Positions 12,351 through 24,809 of a stretch of 64,000 nt of DNA are shown in pieces. Position numbers and translations under genes: made by a program. Location of the stretch: NCBI RefSeq assembly GCF_009834535.1, contig NC_045696.1, forward strand, positions 116,562,001 to 116,626,000, written 5' to 3'. Source of the DNA: Camelus ferus (taxonomy: Eukaryota). The notes under the pieces are model-generated. The model was given only the letters and a program-made list of their open reading frames with translations. It was not told where the DNA came from and did not search any database. How positions within the stretch are numbered: position 1 is the first letter of the stretch; every line of letters begins with the position of its first letter.

Positions 12351-13705
12351 GAAGACAGCCATGGTGATGCCAAATTTCTTCACTGCTTTCCAACAGCCAA
12401 TATTTATTTTGGCATTCAAAGCTGTCCATTTTCTTGTCTTTATCTACTGGTTTTTCAGTTTCAAATTCTATTCCTGTTCTCCAGCTGACTTTGTGTTCTA
12501 AACATACTTAACTCTGTGCTATTATCTGTACTGTTCTCAACCTGAATTCACCACCTGCCTCAGCTTTTTTTTTTTTGTACATTGAAATCTTCTTTGTCCT
12601 TCAAGGCTTGAAACAAGTGCTATTTCTCCTTGAAATCTTTTTTTTTTTGACCCCATAGTGGATCTCCTCTAAATGTGAAATAAATAAATAAATGAACAAG
12701 GCATAATAAACAATCTGATTTACTCCAATGAAGAGTAAGGAAACTAACATTTATTTAGCACCTAATTTGTGTCAAGAAATGTGTTAAGCCCTTTACCTAT
12801 AGGCTCTTGTTTGATTCTCACACCATCCTACACAAGATGTGTTATCATTACTTCCACTTCACACAGAAAGGAAGATGTCTATGAAACTTCCACATCACAC
12901 TGTCTTTTAAAGAAGATGAGTTTGTATTGTTTACATAATACATCTGAGTCAAGAAATAATCCTGAACTAAGTCACTAAAAATTAATGTCCCATCCTTTTC
13001 TTTTCCCTCAGGCAAGATTTCATCCTATTACATTTTAATGACAAAAGCTGCTCTGTTCTCATTGATGCTTTCTCCATCCTGTTTACCTGATGACACGTTC
13101 AACTTCACTCTCAGATTAAATCCTCTAATCTGGTAAATGACCTGTCGTTTTTCATGCCCAGTGACCAATTCAGTTCAACTTAATAAATATTTATGAAGCA
13201 CCTACTACATGTAAGGTACACTGCTGGACGCCAGAAGAAGCAAAGATGGGTAAGACAAGGCATCTACTTCCCAGGGTTCTGCAATCTTACAAAGGTTTTA
13301 ATTCAGAGAAATAAATACATGCAAGGCAAAATGACCATACTTTTTTTCAGCAAATATTGTTTGTCACCTACTGTGTACTAGATGTTATGGTAGCCTTCAG
13401 TGCCACAAAGATTAATACAATGCATTCTTGGCCTTGGAGGCTTTGTCTGTGAGGAAAAGTAAGACCAGAACACAAAATAGCATCCTTGACTCAATAAACT
13501 TCTCAAGCTGGACATAAATAAAGATCTAGATACTATGATGAACGTGACTTCACTTCGTGTTACTGGATTTTTTCCCCCAGTTACACAGAGGAACATATTT
13601 GAAATAACTAGCTAGAGGGATTATGTAGGAGTAAGAACATATTTTATAAGAATAAGAATGCAGAAAATATTGGAGCAGTTCAGTAAAGAGAGATTATCAG
13701 CCACT

Positions 13706-13850
13706 GCAATGATTCTCAAACTTTAATGTGTAAAAACTCACTTAGGGATCTTGCTAAAATGAAGATTATGATTCCATATGTTTGGGGTGGGGTTCAAGAA
13801 TCTTCATTCTAACAAGTTCCCTGGTTTGGAGTTTATACTTGGTGCAGCAA
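13706..13850. mobile_element. MER5-like hAT-Charlie DNA transposon
   Basis: caatgattctcaaactttaatgtg...gatcttgctaaaatgaagatt...tctaacaagttccctgg. Confidence 0.65.
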
Positions 13851-14479
13851 AGAGCTGGTATATGCAAATTATCTGGTTGACTTAGTTTTTAAGAATTATT
13901 ACTGGTTCTTCAGAAGTGAGGAATAAAATTCGGAAAGGGTCAAAGAAAACACAAATGAGTTGCTGGTCACTTGAACATTCTGGTGTTCTTGGAACATGGT
14001 TGGTTTCCTTCCCTGGAAGTGTTGCAGGCTGCGTTCAGGGTAAGAGAGGTGGTGATTTACAAGTCCCTGGGCTCAACACAGGCTCTAGTCTAGGGTCTTA
14101 CTGCTGTAGCACCTGCTGTAACCAGTGCACAGGCCTATCGGGTTTCCGAATCAGTAAAGAAGCGGCTCTGAAACTGGTTTATTGAGTCAAAATTGGGAGC
14201 AATGTGAAAAGTATGAGTTAGGATGGAGAGTCATTATCTACCTTGACCAAAAGCAGAAGAAAGGAAGGCAAGATCGAGAGGACTTTCCTGAGCCCAGAGC
14301 TGTATGGATTGACTTTCTTTTATATTCTTCGTGACCGCAAAATGGGACACGCGCTGAGAACATGAAGTCCAGGAAGTGACCGAGAAAATGTTTTCTTATT
14401 GTTCTTTGTGCCTCTTCTAGATAAAGAGAAAACAGAATATTCTATATTCTCCCCAGCGAACGCTGTCCTCAGCACTAAA

Positions 14480-14715
14480 GGTAGGCAGCTTACAATACTA
14501 GGTAAGAATGAAGTCAAAATGTTTGAGTTTGAATCTAGACCACTTCCTATTCATGAACAAGTTATTTACCTCTTGGACTCAGTTCCCTCATCTGCAAAAT
14601 GAGGGAAGTAATAATACCAACCTCATGCAGTTGCGATGAGGATTCAAGAAAATGGTGCATATAAAATGCTTAACATAATTCTTGGAACTTTGTAAATAGT
14701 AGCATTAATTTTAAT
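14480..14715 (+). mobile_element. MIR SINE
   Basis: gagtttgaatctag...caagttatttacctc...ctcagttccctcatctgcaaaatgagg...gaggattcaa. Confidence 0.8.
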
Positions 14716-15569
14716 CACTAATCTTTGGGCAGGGCCTTAACAACTCACGATTTCTATTTGTAGTCGCCTGTGTTCACTTAACAACCTCTGCTCATACTGC
14801 CAGGCACCAGTCTAAGCATGTGGGTATAATTATAAATGCAAGACAATGAGTTGCTCTTCCTAGAATAAACTTTGTTTACCCTCCCCCCAAAATAACCAAA
14901 AATAAAAATAACAATAAAAATACACTAATTCAAAATAAAGATTAAGCACAGAATGGAACATTTAAAAAATTATAAATACAAGAAATCATTTCTCTAAAAT
15001 TACTCTCAGTTTTGTGGTGGAAACAGAAATACGTACAATAAATTTTAGTATGATGAAATTAGCTATGTTCCAAGGTATGGACTAAGAGTATGGGACACTA
15101 TATACTTTCTTTTCCACTAAACTTTTGGGTTGGGTGACAAAAATTTATAAAGTGGGAACTTGCCTCTGTGAGAAAAAAAATCTATAGGTTTCAGTCTTCC
15201 TAGGACAGAAGTGTGAGCTGTAGAAAGCCCCCCTTCTTGCTATGCATAAAGTCACAGCCTCATCATCGAAGGGTGTTTGTTACTTTTTCTTTAAGATTTA
15301 GTTATATATGCACTTCTCCCAACCTCAATGCAGAAGGAAATCTATTATAAGCAGCTTTAATTTTGGGGTTGAAAGGCTTATTTATAAACCCAAAAGCCTG
15401 GGTGGGTAATTGGATTGATGTGTGTGTGTTATGTGTCCTTGAAACCTAAGCAAAAGTTGGGGATGGAGGCAAAGTAGTGGGTCTTGTTATTCAGTGCACT
15501 TATTAAATTAATTCTAATTTTAAAAAGACATTATGAAATAATTCAGACAAAAATTCCTTACATAATAAA

Positions 15570-15685
15570 TAACAAATCATATTATTAAGTAATAAATCAT
15601 GTTATTTGTTAATCATATTAATAAATTTAATTAATCATATTAATCAATAATCATATTAATAAGTAACAAATCATATTATTTATTA
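15570..15685. repeat. AT-rich degenerate minisatellite with six AATCAT(A/G)TTA cores
   Basis: Cores start at 15575, 15595, 15611, 15633, 15649 and 15669. Confidence 0.8.
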
Positions 15686-16494
15686 TATTTAGAAGTTTTT
15701 TCAATTCAAGTCAGAGGGGAAAGGGCCTGGAGTAGATTCAAAACCATATAAAAAAAAGAGGGAATGTATTGAAAGAAAATTATTATAAAGAAATAATAAT
15801 GGAAATGTTATAAATGAAAGAAACTCGTCAACAATTGATCTTCATTTTTCATAGTGTCTATCAATTTTTATCCATATATACCTAGTGCTATTTACATGGT
15901 TTTAATTATAGCACAGGATACAATTGTATGTTCCTTCCAAGTAATATTTTGAATGACCTTGTATCATGTAGATCAAATTTATGAATTTGTCAAAGGCTTC
16001 AATTTTGTGAATTTTGTACTCTGTACAAATGAACTGGATTTGACAGACAAGGTATGTTCAACTTGTTAGCTATTTTAGCAAGCACAGCCTCCCCCAGAGA
16101 AACGGCAGCTTGTCTGGTATTTATCAGATGTTGATTTCTACTTGTCAAGTCTATGTCTGGAATTCACATCAATCAGAAAGGAAAGTGGTAGATGATCCAC
16201 ATATTTTACTCTTTTGTTGTTTTCTAAGGCTGTCGTTAATTAAACAGAAGAAAAGCAATGTTGTTAACTCAACCCTCGCTTCAAAACCCGTACTCCTGGA
16301 GAAGGGCTTTGGGTAAACTAAATGTGCAGAGGAATCATTAGTGCACTGACTGCAGTGTGGTCAATACAAGAACCCCGGAGTTTGAAAGATCAGGGTTCAA
16401 ATTGTGACTCTGCCTTTTGCAAGTTGCATGCACCTCAGGCAAATTGGGTAAATCCCCTGAGCCTGTTTTTTCATTTGTGAAAATGAGCAATTTT

Positions 16495-17248
16495 TTTAAA
16501 CATTTTTTATTGATTTATAATCATTTTACAATGTTGTGTCAAATTCCAGTGTTGAGCACAATTTTTCAGTCATTCATGGACATATACACACTCATTGTCA
16601 CATTTTTTTCTCTGTGAGTTATCATAATGTTTTGTGTATATTTCCCTGTGCTATACAGTGTAATCTTGTTTATCTATTCTACAATTTTGAAATCCCAGTC
16701 TATCCCTTCCCACCCTCCACCCCCCTGGTAACCACAAGTCTGTATTCTCTGTCTGTGAGTCTATTTCTGTCCTGTATTTACGCTTTGTTTTTGTTTGTTT
16801 GTTTGTTTGTTTTTGTTTTTTAGATTCCACATATGAGCGATCTCATATGGTACGTTTCTTTCTCTTTCTGGCTTACTTCACTTAGAATGACATTCTCCAG
16901 GAGCATCCATGTTGCTGCAAATGGTATTATGTTGTCGGTTTTTATGGCTGAGTAGTATTCCATTGTATAAATATACCACATCTTTATCCAGTCACCTGTT
17001 GATGGACATTTAGGCTGTTTCCATGTTTTGGCTATTGTAAATAGTGCTGCTATGAACATTGGGGTGCAGGTGTCATCCTGAAGTAGATTTCCTTCTGGAT
17101 ACAAGCCCAGGAGTGGGATTCCTCGGTCATATGGTAAGTCTATTCCTAGTCTTTTGAGGAATCTCCACACTGTTTTCCATAGTGGCTGCACCAAACTGCA
17201 TTCCCACCAGCAGTGTAGGAGGGTTCCCCTTTCTCCACAGCCTCTCCA
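16495..17248 (-). mobile_element. Young 5'-truncated L1 (camelid-type) inserted into a MIR
   Basis: 16-bp TSD gaaaatgagcaatttt (16479-16494 and 17249-17264). The ORF2 C-terminus is uninterrupted (HCWWEC zinc knuckle, ORF 16820..17260). MIR sequence at ~16340-16490 lies upstream. Confidence 0.93.
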
Positions 17249-17309
17249 GAAAATGAGCAATTTTGAGTATTAACTTGTTAAAGACAGAAAAGGCAGCATT
17301 TGACACTCA

Positions 17310-17545
17310 AGTCACAGTATGGTATCGAGGTTCAATGTGTGGGTTCTGGAGTCATACTGCCTCAATTGTTGTGTGAATTTGCACAAATTACTCCTATCCA
17401 CCTCAGTTTCTGTATCAGCAAAATGGAGATAGTAATGTTATGTACTTCATTTCATCCTTATGAGTTTTAAGTGAATTAATTCATGTGAAAGAGTTTAAAA
17501 ACAATACTTGATTCCTAGTAAGCTCAATAAATATTTTATTATTAC
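17310..17545 (+). mobile_element. MIR SINE
   Basis: gggttctggagtca...cctcagtttctgtatcagcaaaatggagatagtaa...agtaagctcaataaat. Confidence 0.75.
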
Positions 17546-17559
17546 TACTCATAGATGTA

Positions 17560-19265
17560 ATATAATTTTAACCCCAGCATACTTCTTGAAAGTCTCTACT
17601 CATTTGGCTTCCTTAAGAGCAAATCCTCCTGTACCTCCTTCAACCCCAGTGATCAATTCTCTTCCAGTTTCCTTTAAGGAGTCCCACACTGTGCTCGTAA
17701 TGTTGGTTGTTCCTAGGGGTCCGTCTTTGGCCAGCCTCTCTTATCACTGTAAGTACTACGTGTAATTTCCTCCTATTGTTTTAATCATCAGCTATACTCT
17801 GATGAAATAAAAATCTATAACTTTTAGCCCCGATTTTCCTTTAAGCTTTCGCCTCATACATATCCTTCCCAAAACTGTTAACTGGATATTTGACCCAATG
17901 TATTATTGGCTCAAATTTTCACCCTTGTCTGCATCCACAGCCTTGCAGTGGCTGATTTGTGGATAAAGACATCTATCCACACCCTTTCACTTTGGGCTTG
18001 CCCATGTGCCGTGTCTTGCTTTGGCCACTGGCATGTAGTAGAAGTGACAGTATGCCAGTTCTGAGCTCAAGCCTTAAGAGACTTTATGTGTTTCTACCTC
18101 ACTCTTCCACTTCTGCTATCCTCACGAAAAAAGTCCCTTAACTAGCCTGTTAATCCATGGAGGATAAATAAAACATGGAGCAGAGCCTCCCCGTCCAACC
18201 CAAGATATGTGGTGAGAAGCAGATCCATTCATCAAAGCATAAAGCAAAGTTGCCCTGCTGAATCCAGCCTGGATTAGCCAAGTCCCAATCATTCACAAGA
18301 TACATGAGTGATAGTAAGTAATTGTTTATTTAAACTATTGAGTTTTTAAGGTTGTATTGCACAAATAGCTAGCCAATATAATGTTCCACAGGCATTTCAA
18401 ATTCAACTTGCCTGAAATTAAGCTCTTTTTCTACCATCTAACATAAACCTGTTCTTTTGTCCTGTGTTTCCTTTGTTGGTTGGTGGCCTCATCACTCATT
18501 TTACCTCTCAGTCAGACATCAGGATATCATTCTTGACTCCAACCTTTCCCTTACCCTCTACATCCCCTAAGTCTCCAAATTCTGTTCAATTTCATTTCCT
18601 AACTAGTTCTAAAACCCATTTTTCATCCCCATTCTCAGTGTTGCTGCCTGTTGTTGACCCAATACTTTTTCAGTTGGGCTACTAATCGATCTTCCCACCC
18701 CTGTTCTTACTGACTTCTGATCCTCCACAGGGTAACCAGAGTGAGAGAAAATTAGCTGTGTCACTCTCCTCACTCCCAGGAGAAGTCCAAGTTCCTTAGC
18801 ATGACTCCAACTTCATCATCTGGTTGTCATCTGCCTATCCAAATTCATTTCTCACTTCCTTCCCTTTATACTTTTCATCCATCAATTTGAAACTCTGTTA
18901 ATTCCTCCAGACATATCATGGGGCTTCCTACCTGTGTGCCTTTATAAATTATATTGCATTTGGAATATTCTTACATCCCTCTTCCATATAATAAACTCAC
19001 CTTCATCCTTTATAATACATCTTAGGAATCTACTCTTCTTAGAAGCCTTGCTGGCTACCTCAGACAGAGTCAATTATTTCTTCTTTTATCGAAAGTGTTT
19101 ATGTTACTAATCACTCTGAACTGTGACTGTGTTCTTCTGTCTCTTCCACAAAACTCTTTTGAGTACCGCATGGGCATGGAAGTGCCCCTAATTTCTGGTC
19201 TGAGCACAGAGCTTGACATGTAATACAGTAGAGAGTCAATGTGTGTTTTCTGGATGAATAATGTT
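17560..19265 (+). mobile_element. L2 fragment interrupted by a MaLR LTR
   Basis: Pyrimidine-rich L2 body (aggcatttcaaattcaacttgcctgaaatt..., cttgactcc), ending in an L2-like tail gatgaataa. Confidence 0.7.
17899..18380 (+). mobile_element. MaLR solo LTR (MLT1-type)
   Basis: tg start, catgtgccgtgtcttgctttggcc...agaagtgacag, and 3' end ttaaactattgagtttttaaggttg...aatagctagccaatata. Confidence 0.75.
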
Positions 19266-20060
19266 ATGGACATGATATATTATTTAGCAGTGTCCTAGTG
19301 GAACAAGCTGGAACAGGCAGCTCTCAATGACAGCCAGAGCCAGGAAACTACCCTCCCTCTTCTCAGAGGCTGTGTGCTGTCAGATGGTCCTGTCTCCTGC
19401 ACAGGCTTCTGGAAGGGGGACAGAGTATGGGGGATTCAGAGAGAAGGTAGCAGGCTGGGTGGTGATGGATGTGATCTCTTTCAATTACTCCTCAATCATG
19501 AATGTGATTGGATTTTTTAGGTGTTCACAGCCAAAGGGCTGAGTTCTGTCTGCTCTGCAAGAAGAGATCTTACTGAGGTGTTACTTCCAGGTGAAGGGGC
19601 TGAGACAGAGGACACCCTGCAGAAGTAAAGTTGGAGGTCACAGGAATGTAGGGGAGTGTGTTTGATTTGTATAGGCTGGGAAAGGGGCATGAAACCTATT
19701 AAACTGAAATCTCTGATGTGCAAAGAGGCTCCAAATTATAGCTGGATTACAAAGCTTTTTCATAGAGTTTATGGAAAGTTAGTCCACCAGGGCATGGCAT
19801 TTAGTCCAGTGAAAGTAAATTTTCTTTCTTCCTAGATTCTTCTTTCAGAGGAAGGAGAAAGGAAAATACTTTCCCCATGTAAACCTAATTAACATACCTA
19901 CACTTTTCATGGCTTACTCTCTGTTAAAATGCAAACACCCTATTTATAGGGTTACATGTCAAATATCAGAACAATAAAAATAAACGGCTGACAAAATTCT
20001 AACTGATTCTTGAAAGTAAAAATAAAGAGAAATCCTACTGTTGAAATGCTTGTTGACAGG

Positions 20061-20579
20061 TGTATACCCTCCTTAATACCCTCTTGGCCCACATGTTACC
20101 CCAGCTGTTCCCATGGCAACCAGTTTTGTGCAGGCGTGACCTCCCCTCAGTCACACTATGTATCTTCAACTTTATACATCAGGGGTTTTTGACCCTGTTT
20201 CCTGGGAAGCTTGTGGGAATCCACCCAGTATTTCTAGATGGGAAATCTGGAAGTGCATGAGAGTTAGCATCCCACAGGCAACTCTCGACCCACAGGGAAT
20301 AGGAGCCAAGGGGATAGATGCCTCTCTTCTGTCCCTGAGGTATTCAACTCTGAGGGCTGTTCTCCACAGCTTATCAGAAAGTCCCAGCAGGATGGAGGCC
20401 CAGGTGCCCATAGCAGTGACTGAGACAGGAAGAACAGTTATGTTGACTTTCTCTACTTTTCTGTTTCATTCTTACTAGTTCTCCATTCCTGTTGCCTAGA
20501 ATCACATCTCCAAATAACTACCTGCCTGTGGGCCCTGTCTCACATTCTGCTTTTCCAGAGAAAACCCAGGCTGAGATAA
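20061..20579 (+). mobile_element. ERVL solo LTR (LTR16-like)
   Basis: tgtataccctcc...ctctgagggctgttctccacag...caaataactacctgc...ctgcttttccagagaaaacccaggctgagata. Confidence 0.7.
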
Positions 20580-20726
20580 CAAACTTTATTGGACACATTT
20601 TAAGCACTATCTTAGAGTCTCTTAACATCACAAGTCTATGGGCCTTCAGCCACTGGCTCATAGGAAGCCAGCTGCCAACATCACCAGAGCTTCATCTGTG
20701 AGAACAACTTCAGTGGCACCGCCATG

Positions 20727-21192
20727 GTGTGAGCTCAGGCTAGACCCACTCTGACCCAGCTCCTTTTTCTTTCCTTGAACTCAGAACAGACGCCATTCCA
20801 CAGGGCATGGGGGCCTGGCTTCCCTGGCTGTTCAAAGGGGTCAAATAATGTCAACTGGAAGACCAGAAGTGTTGATTCTCTGGGGAAACTTTGGCCAAAT
20901 GGAAGACAGGAGAAGGGGAGGGGGAGCGATCAGATACTTTCTCCTCTGTTCTGCCTTCATGGATGGTACTGAGGCACAGTTTTCTAGGTAGCTTGTTTGG
21001 AGATATTAGTACAGCTGGATGACCAGCTGTGCCTCTTTGTGGCATGTGAATCAGTAGCTGGCATGGTAATGTGTCCCCTTATATTTACCTCCCCTCTTTC
21101 TCTCTTACTGTTCAGTGATTGCATCTCTCAATAAAGCATCAACACTTAAGCCTTGTCTCATGCTTGTTTTCTAGGGCACCTGAACTAAGACA
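20727..21192 (+). mobile_element. ERVL solo LTR (LTR33-like)
   Basis: tgtg start, AATAAA at ~21130, end ctagggcacctgaactaagaca. Confidence 0.65.
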
Positions 21193-21704
21193 CAGGTCAC
21201 TGAGGGCTTTTCTAGGTTGCTGATGATACAGAATAATTGTGGACAAGGACAAATCGACTTTGAAAAAGGTCATAAACAGGAAGTAGACCTTGGAAAGGTC
21301 TCAAGATTATACTTCCTTCTTATAGCTGAACACAGAAGGGATTAGTTCCTTTGACACAGGATCAGCGATAACACAGTTGAGAGCTACGCTGATCTCACCT
21401 CTGGGCAGAGAAAGAAGAGACCATGCATTTCCATCCTCACAGTGCCTGGTCCCTTCCTTAAACAAGGTAAGAAGAAATCTGCTTCATCTCCTCTTTGTTT
21501 TGGCCTTCTTTTATTACCAAGGGCATGCAAAATGCTTTGAAAATGAAAAAAGTATTTTCTGATGGCAAAGAAAAATATGTACACTGTCAAGAACTTGGAA
21601 AATTCCAAAATTTGTCAGTAAGTAAACGAAAAGCCCCTGTAGTTCTCCAACCCATGAATAACCAGTAAAAGTTTTGTACATTTCTTTCTTAATTAAAAAA
21701 AAAA

Positions 21705-22232
21705 GTCCCAGAAAGAGAAGAGAGAGAGAAAGGACCTGAGGAAATTTTTGGAGAGATAATAATCAAAAACTTCCCCAACTTGGGAAAGGAAACAGTCACC
21801 AAAGTCCAAGAAGCACAGAGTTCCACAAAGGATCAACCCAAAGAGGAACACACCAAGGCACACAGTAATCAAACTGACAAAAATTAAGGAGAAAATATTA
21901 AAATTAGCAAGAGAAAAGCAACAAATAACATGCAAGGGAACTCCCATAAGGTTATCACCTGGTTTTTCAGCAGAAACTCTACAGGCCAGAAGGGAGTGGC
22001 ATGATTTATTCAAAGTGATGAAAAGGAAAAACTTACAACCAAGAATACTCTATCCAGCAAGGCTCTTGTTCAGGTTTGATGGAGGAATCAAAAGCTTCAC
22101 AGATAAACAAAAGCCAAAAGATTTCAGCACCACCAAACCAGCTTTACGACAAAAGTTAAAGGAACTTCTCTAGTCATCAATCCACAAGAAAAGAGAACAA
22201 AAAGAAGAAAGAGAAAAAAAAGACCTACAAAA
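21705..22232 (+). mobile_element. L1 ORF1 3' half plus inter-ORF spacer
   Basis: Encodes L1 ORF1p-like PRHTVIKLTKIKEKILKLAREKQQITCKGTPIRLSPGFSAETLQARREW...LQPRILYPARL. Confidence 0.9.
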
Positions 22233-22233
22233 G

Positions 22234-23110
22234 ACTGCTTTGGCAATTTGGGGTCTTTTATGATTCCATATAAATTGTTTGTTCTAGTTCTGTAAACAAT
22301 GTTGTGAATATTTTGACAGGGGTTGCACTGGATCTGTAGATTGTTTGGGTAGTATGGCCATTTTGATAGTGCTGATTCTTTCGATCCAAGAGCACAAGAT
22401 ATATTTCCATTTCTTTGTATCTTCTTCAATTTCCCTCATTATGTTTTGCAGTTTTCAGAGTTTAGATAACCTCCTCAGTTAAGCTTATTTCTAGGTATTG
22501 TTGTTTTTGATGTAATGGAAATGTTTATGCAAGTTATAAAATTCTGATTTTTGAAGTGAAAAAAAAAAGTGAATGAAGGGCCACAAATGGCAAAATATCC
22601 CTTTTTGTGGGTGAGTTGTGTTCCATTATATACATGTGCTGCATCTTCTTTATCCACTCATCTACTGATGTGCACTTAGGATGCTTCCATGTCTTGGCGA
22701 TTATAAACAGTGCTGCTGTTAATAGTGGGGTGTATGTATCTTTTTGAATTAATGTTTTTGTTTTTCTCAGGTATATGCCTAGGAGTGGAATTGCTGGGCC
22801 ATGTGGTGACTCTGTTTTTGGGTTTTTGAGAAGACTCCATATTGTTTAGTGGCTGGACCAATTTACATTCCCACCTACAGTGTACAAGGGTTCCCTTTTC
22901 TCCACATCCTTGCCAATATTTATTATTTGTGCTCTTTTAATGATGGCCATTCTGACAGTTGTAAGATGGTGTCTTGTGATTTTGATTTGCATTTCTCTGA
23001 TACTGGTGATGTTGAGCAGCTTTTCATGTTCCTGGTGGCTATCTGCATTCTCTGTTTTGGAAAAATGTCTGTTCAGTTCTTCTGCCCATATTTCAAATGT
23101 TGTTTGCTCT
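22234..23110 (-). mobile_element. Two antisense L1 ORF2 fragments (about 22234-22520 and 22585-23110)
   Basis: Antisense L1 motifs ctgtagattg...tagtatggccatttt and ttccatgtcttggcgattataaacagtgctgc. Confidence 0.85.
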
Positions 23111-23225
23111 TTTTTCTTTTTTTTGCATGTTCATACATATATTTGTTTTCTTATTTTTTCCATTGCTTGCTTTTTAATTGAAGTACAGTTGATTTAAAAT
23201 GATGTATTAGTTTCTGGTGTACAGC

Positions 23226-23612
23226 ATGGATGGACTTGGAGGGCATTATGCTAAGTGAAATAAGTCAGACAGAGAAAGACAAATATTGTAAAATATCACT
23301 TACATGTGGAATCTGAAAAAAAAAAACAAACTAGTGAAAATAACAGAAAAGAAACAGACTCACAGATGTAGAGAAGGAACTAGTGGTTACCAGTGGAAAG
23401 AGGGAAGGAGAAGGGACAAGATGGAGGTGGAGGATTAAGAGGTACAAACTATCAGGTATAAAATAAGCTACAAGGATGTATCGTACAACATGAGGAATAT
23501 AGGCAATATTGCATAATAACTGTAAGTGGAGTATAACCTTTAAAAATTGTGGATCACTATATTGTATACCTGTAACATTTAATATTGTACATCAACTATA
23601 CTTCAACTTAAA
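23226..23612 (+). mobile_element. L1 3' end (artiodactyl/L1MA9-like)
   Basis: atggatggacttggagggcattatgctaagtgaaataagtcagacagagaaagacaaata...caactatacttcaac. Confidence 0.88.
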
Positions 23613-24809
23613 AATATGAAATTGTACATATGTGCACATATGTGCAAAGTGTAATAATTCTACCTAATAAAACTGAAAAAGGAAAAAAATATGATATTGT
23701 AGAATAAATACATGAATAAAGTTTAAAAAATGCATGGATGCTTATATGCATGTGCTGGCTCACGGTGCATAATTTCCCTTCTCCTGCAAATCTCTCCCCA
23801 CTCTCCACTCCCTTAAGTCTCCTCAGCCTTTAAGATAAGCTTGTGTGGAAACTGTTTTCCTGAAGATTTCTCTGATTTTCGAAACCAGATATTCTAAGAT
23901 GCATCATATTTTGCGTGGTATCCTAGTTATTTTTGTTTATAGGTACATATTTTCCCAACTAGATTATAAGCTTCTAGACCAGAGGACATAGTCTATCTGT
24001 GATTCATCATTGAAATTTCATATCACCTGACAAGTGTTGAATTAATATTTGATAAATGAATACTCAATTCAGCCTATAGTGATTCTTCAACACCTTCATC
24101 ACAGTATTATCTCTTATACATGATTACCACGCATTACTATATGCTTTTCTCATTTATGAATTATTTCATATGAACATCTCATTTTAGCAATCGAATTGTG
24201 AAATTTCCAAAGGCAAGGACCTTCACTTGTATTTCTTTGGTGTTCCTCATAGCATTTATCACTGTTGAATACAGAGCAGGTGTCCAGAGAAGCTTTGTTG
24301 AATTTTCCCACGACAGAGCCCACTCATCAGATGCCACATGTTTTTCACCCCCTAACAGACCAAAAGCAAATCAAATCTAGGTTAGAAAATCATTGGAATC
24401 TGTATCTGTGATGTCCCACAGCAATTCAAAGAGGCTTGTCTGAGTGTGTCTGAGAGTGGTTATAGCTTATTCCTGGTGTTCCTCTCATTGAGAAAAAGGA
24501 CCAAATGCATTATAGACACTTGATAACTCCAGAGAAATCACCTTTGGGAAAATGTAGTTCCCACTGTTTAAAGTTAGAACCTTGTACCGTGGAATTCTTG
24601 TTTGTTGATTTCACAAGACTGAAATCCTCTTACATGAGAGAAAATACTTAACTAATCCAAAATTTGAAGAACACATTTATCAATTATGCTGACTTTATCC
24701 AAAATGAGATACCTCCCGGAAGGTAAAATCTGGAATGGGGTACCATCTCTCTTCTCCTGAGTGGCATGAGCATTTTTTAGAACATTCCCATGAGAGTTTG
24801 GAATTAACT

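Noticed and set aside
15570..15685. CRISPR-like repeat-spacer array
   Set aside because: The cores are only 10 bp, the linkers are 6-12 bp of low-complexity AT, the context is eukaryotic and there are no cas genes.
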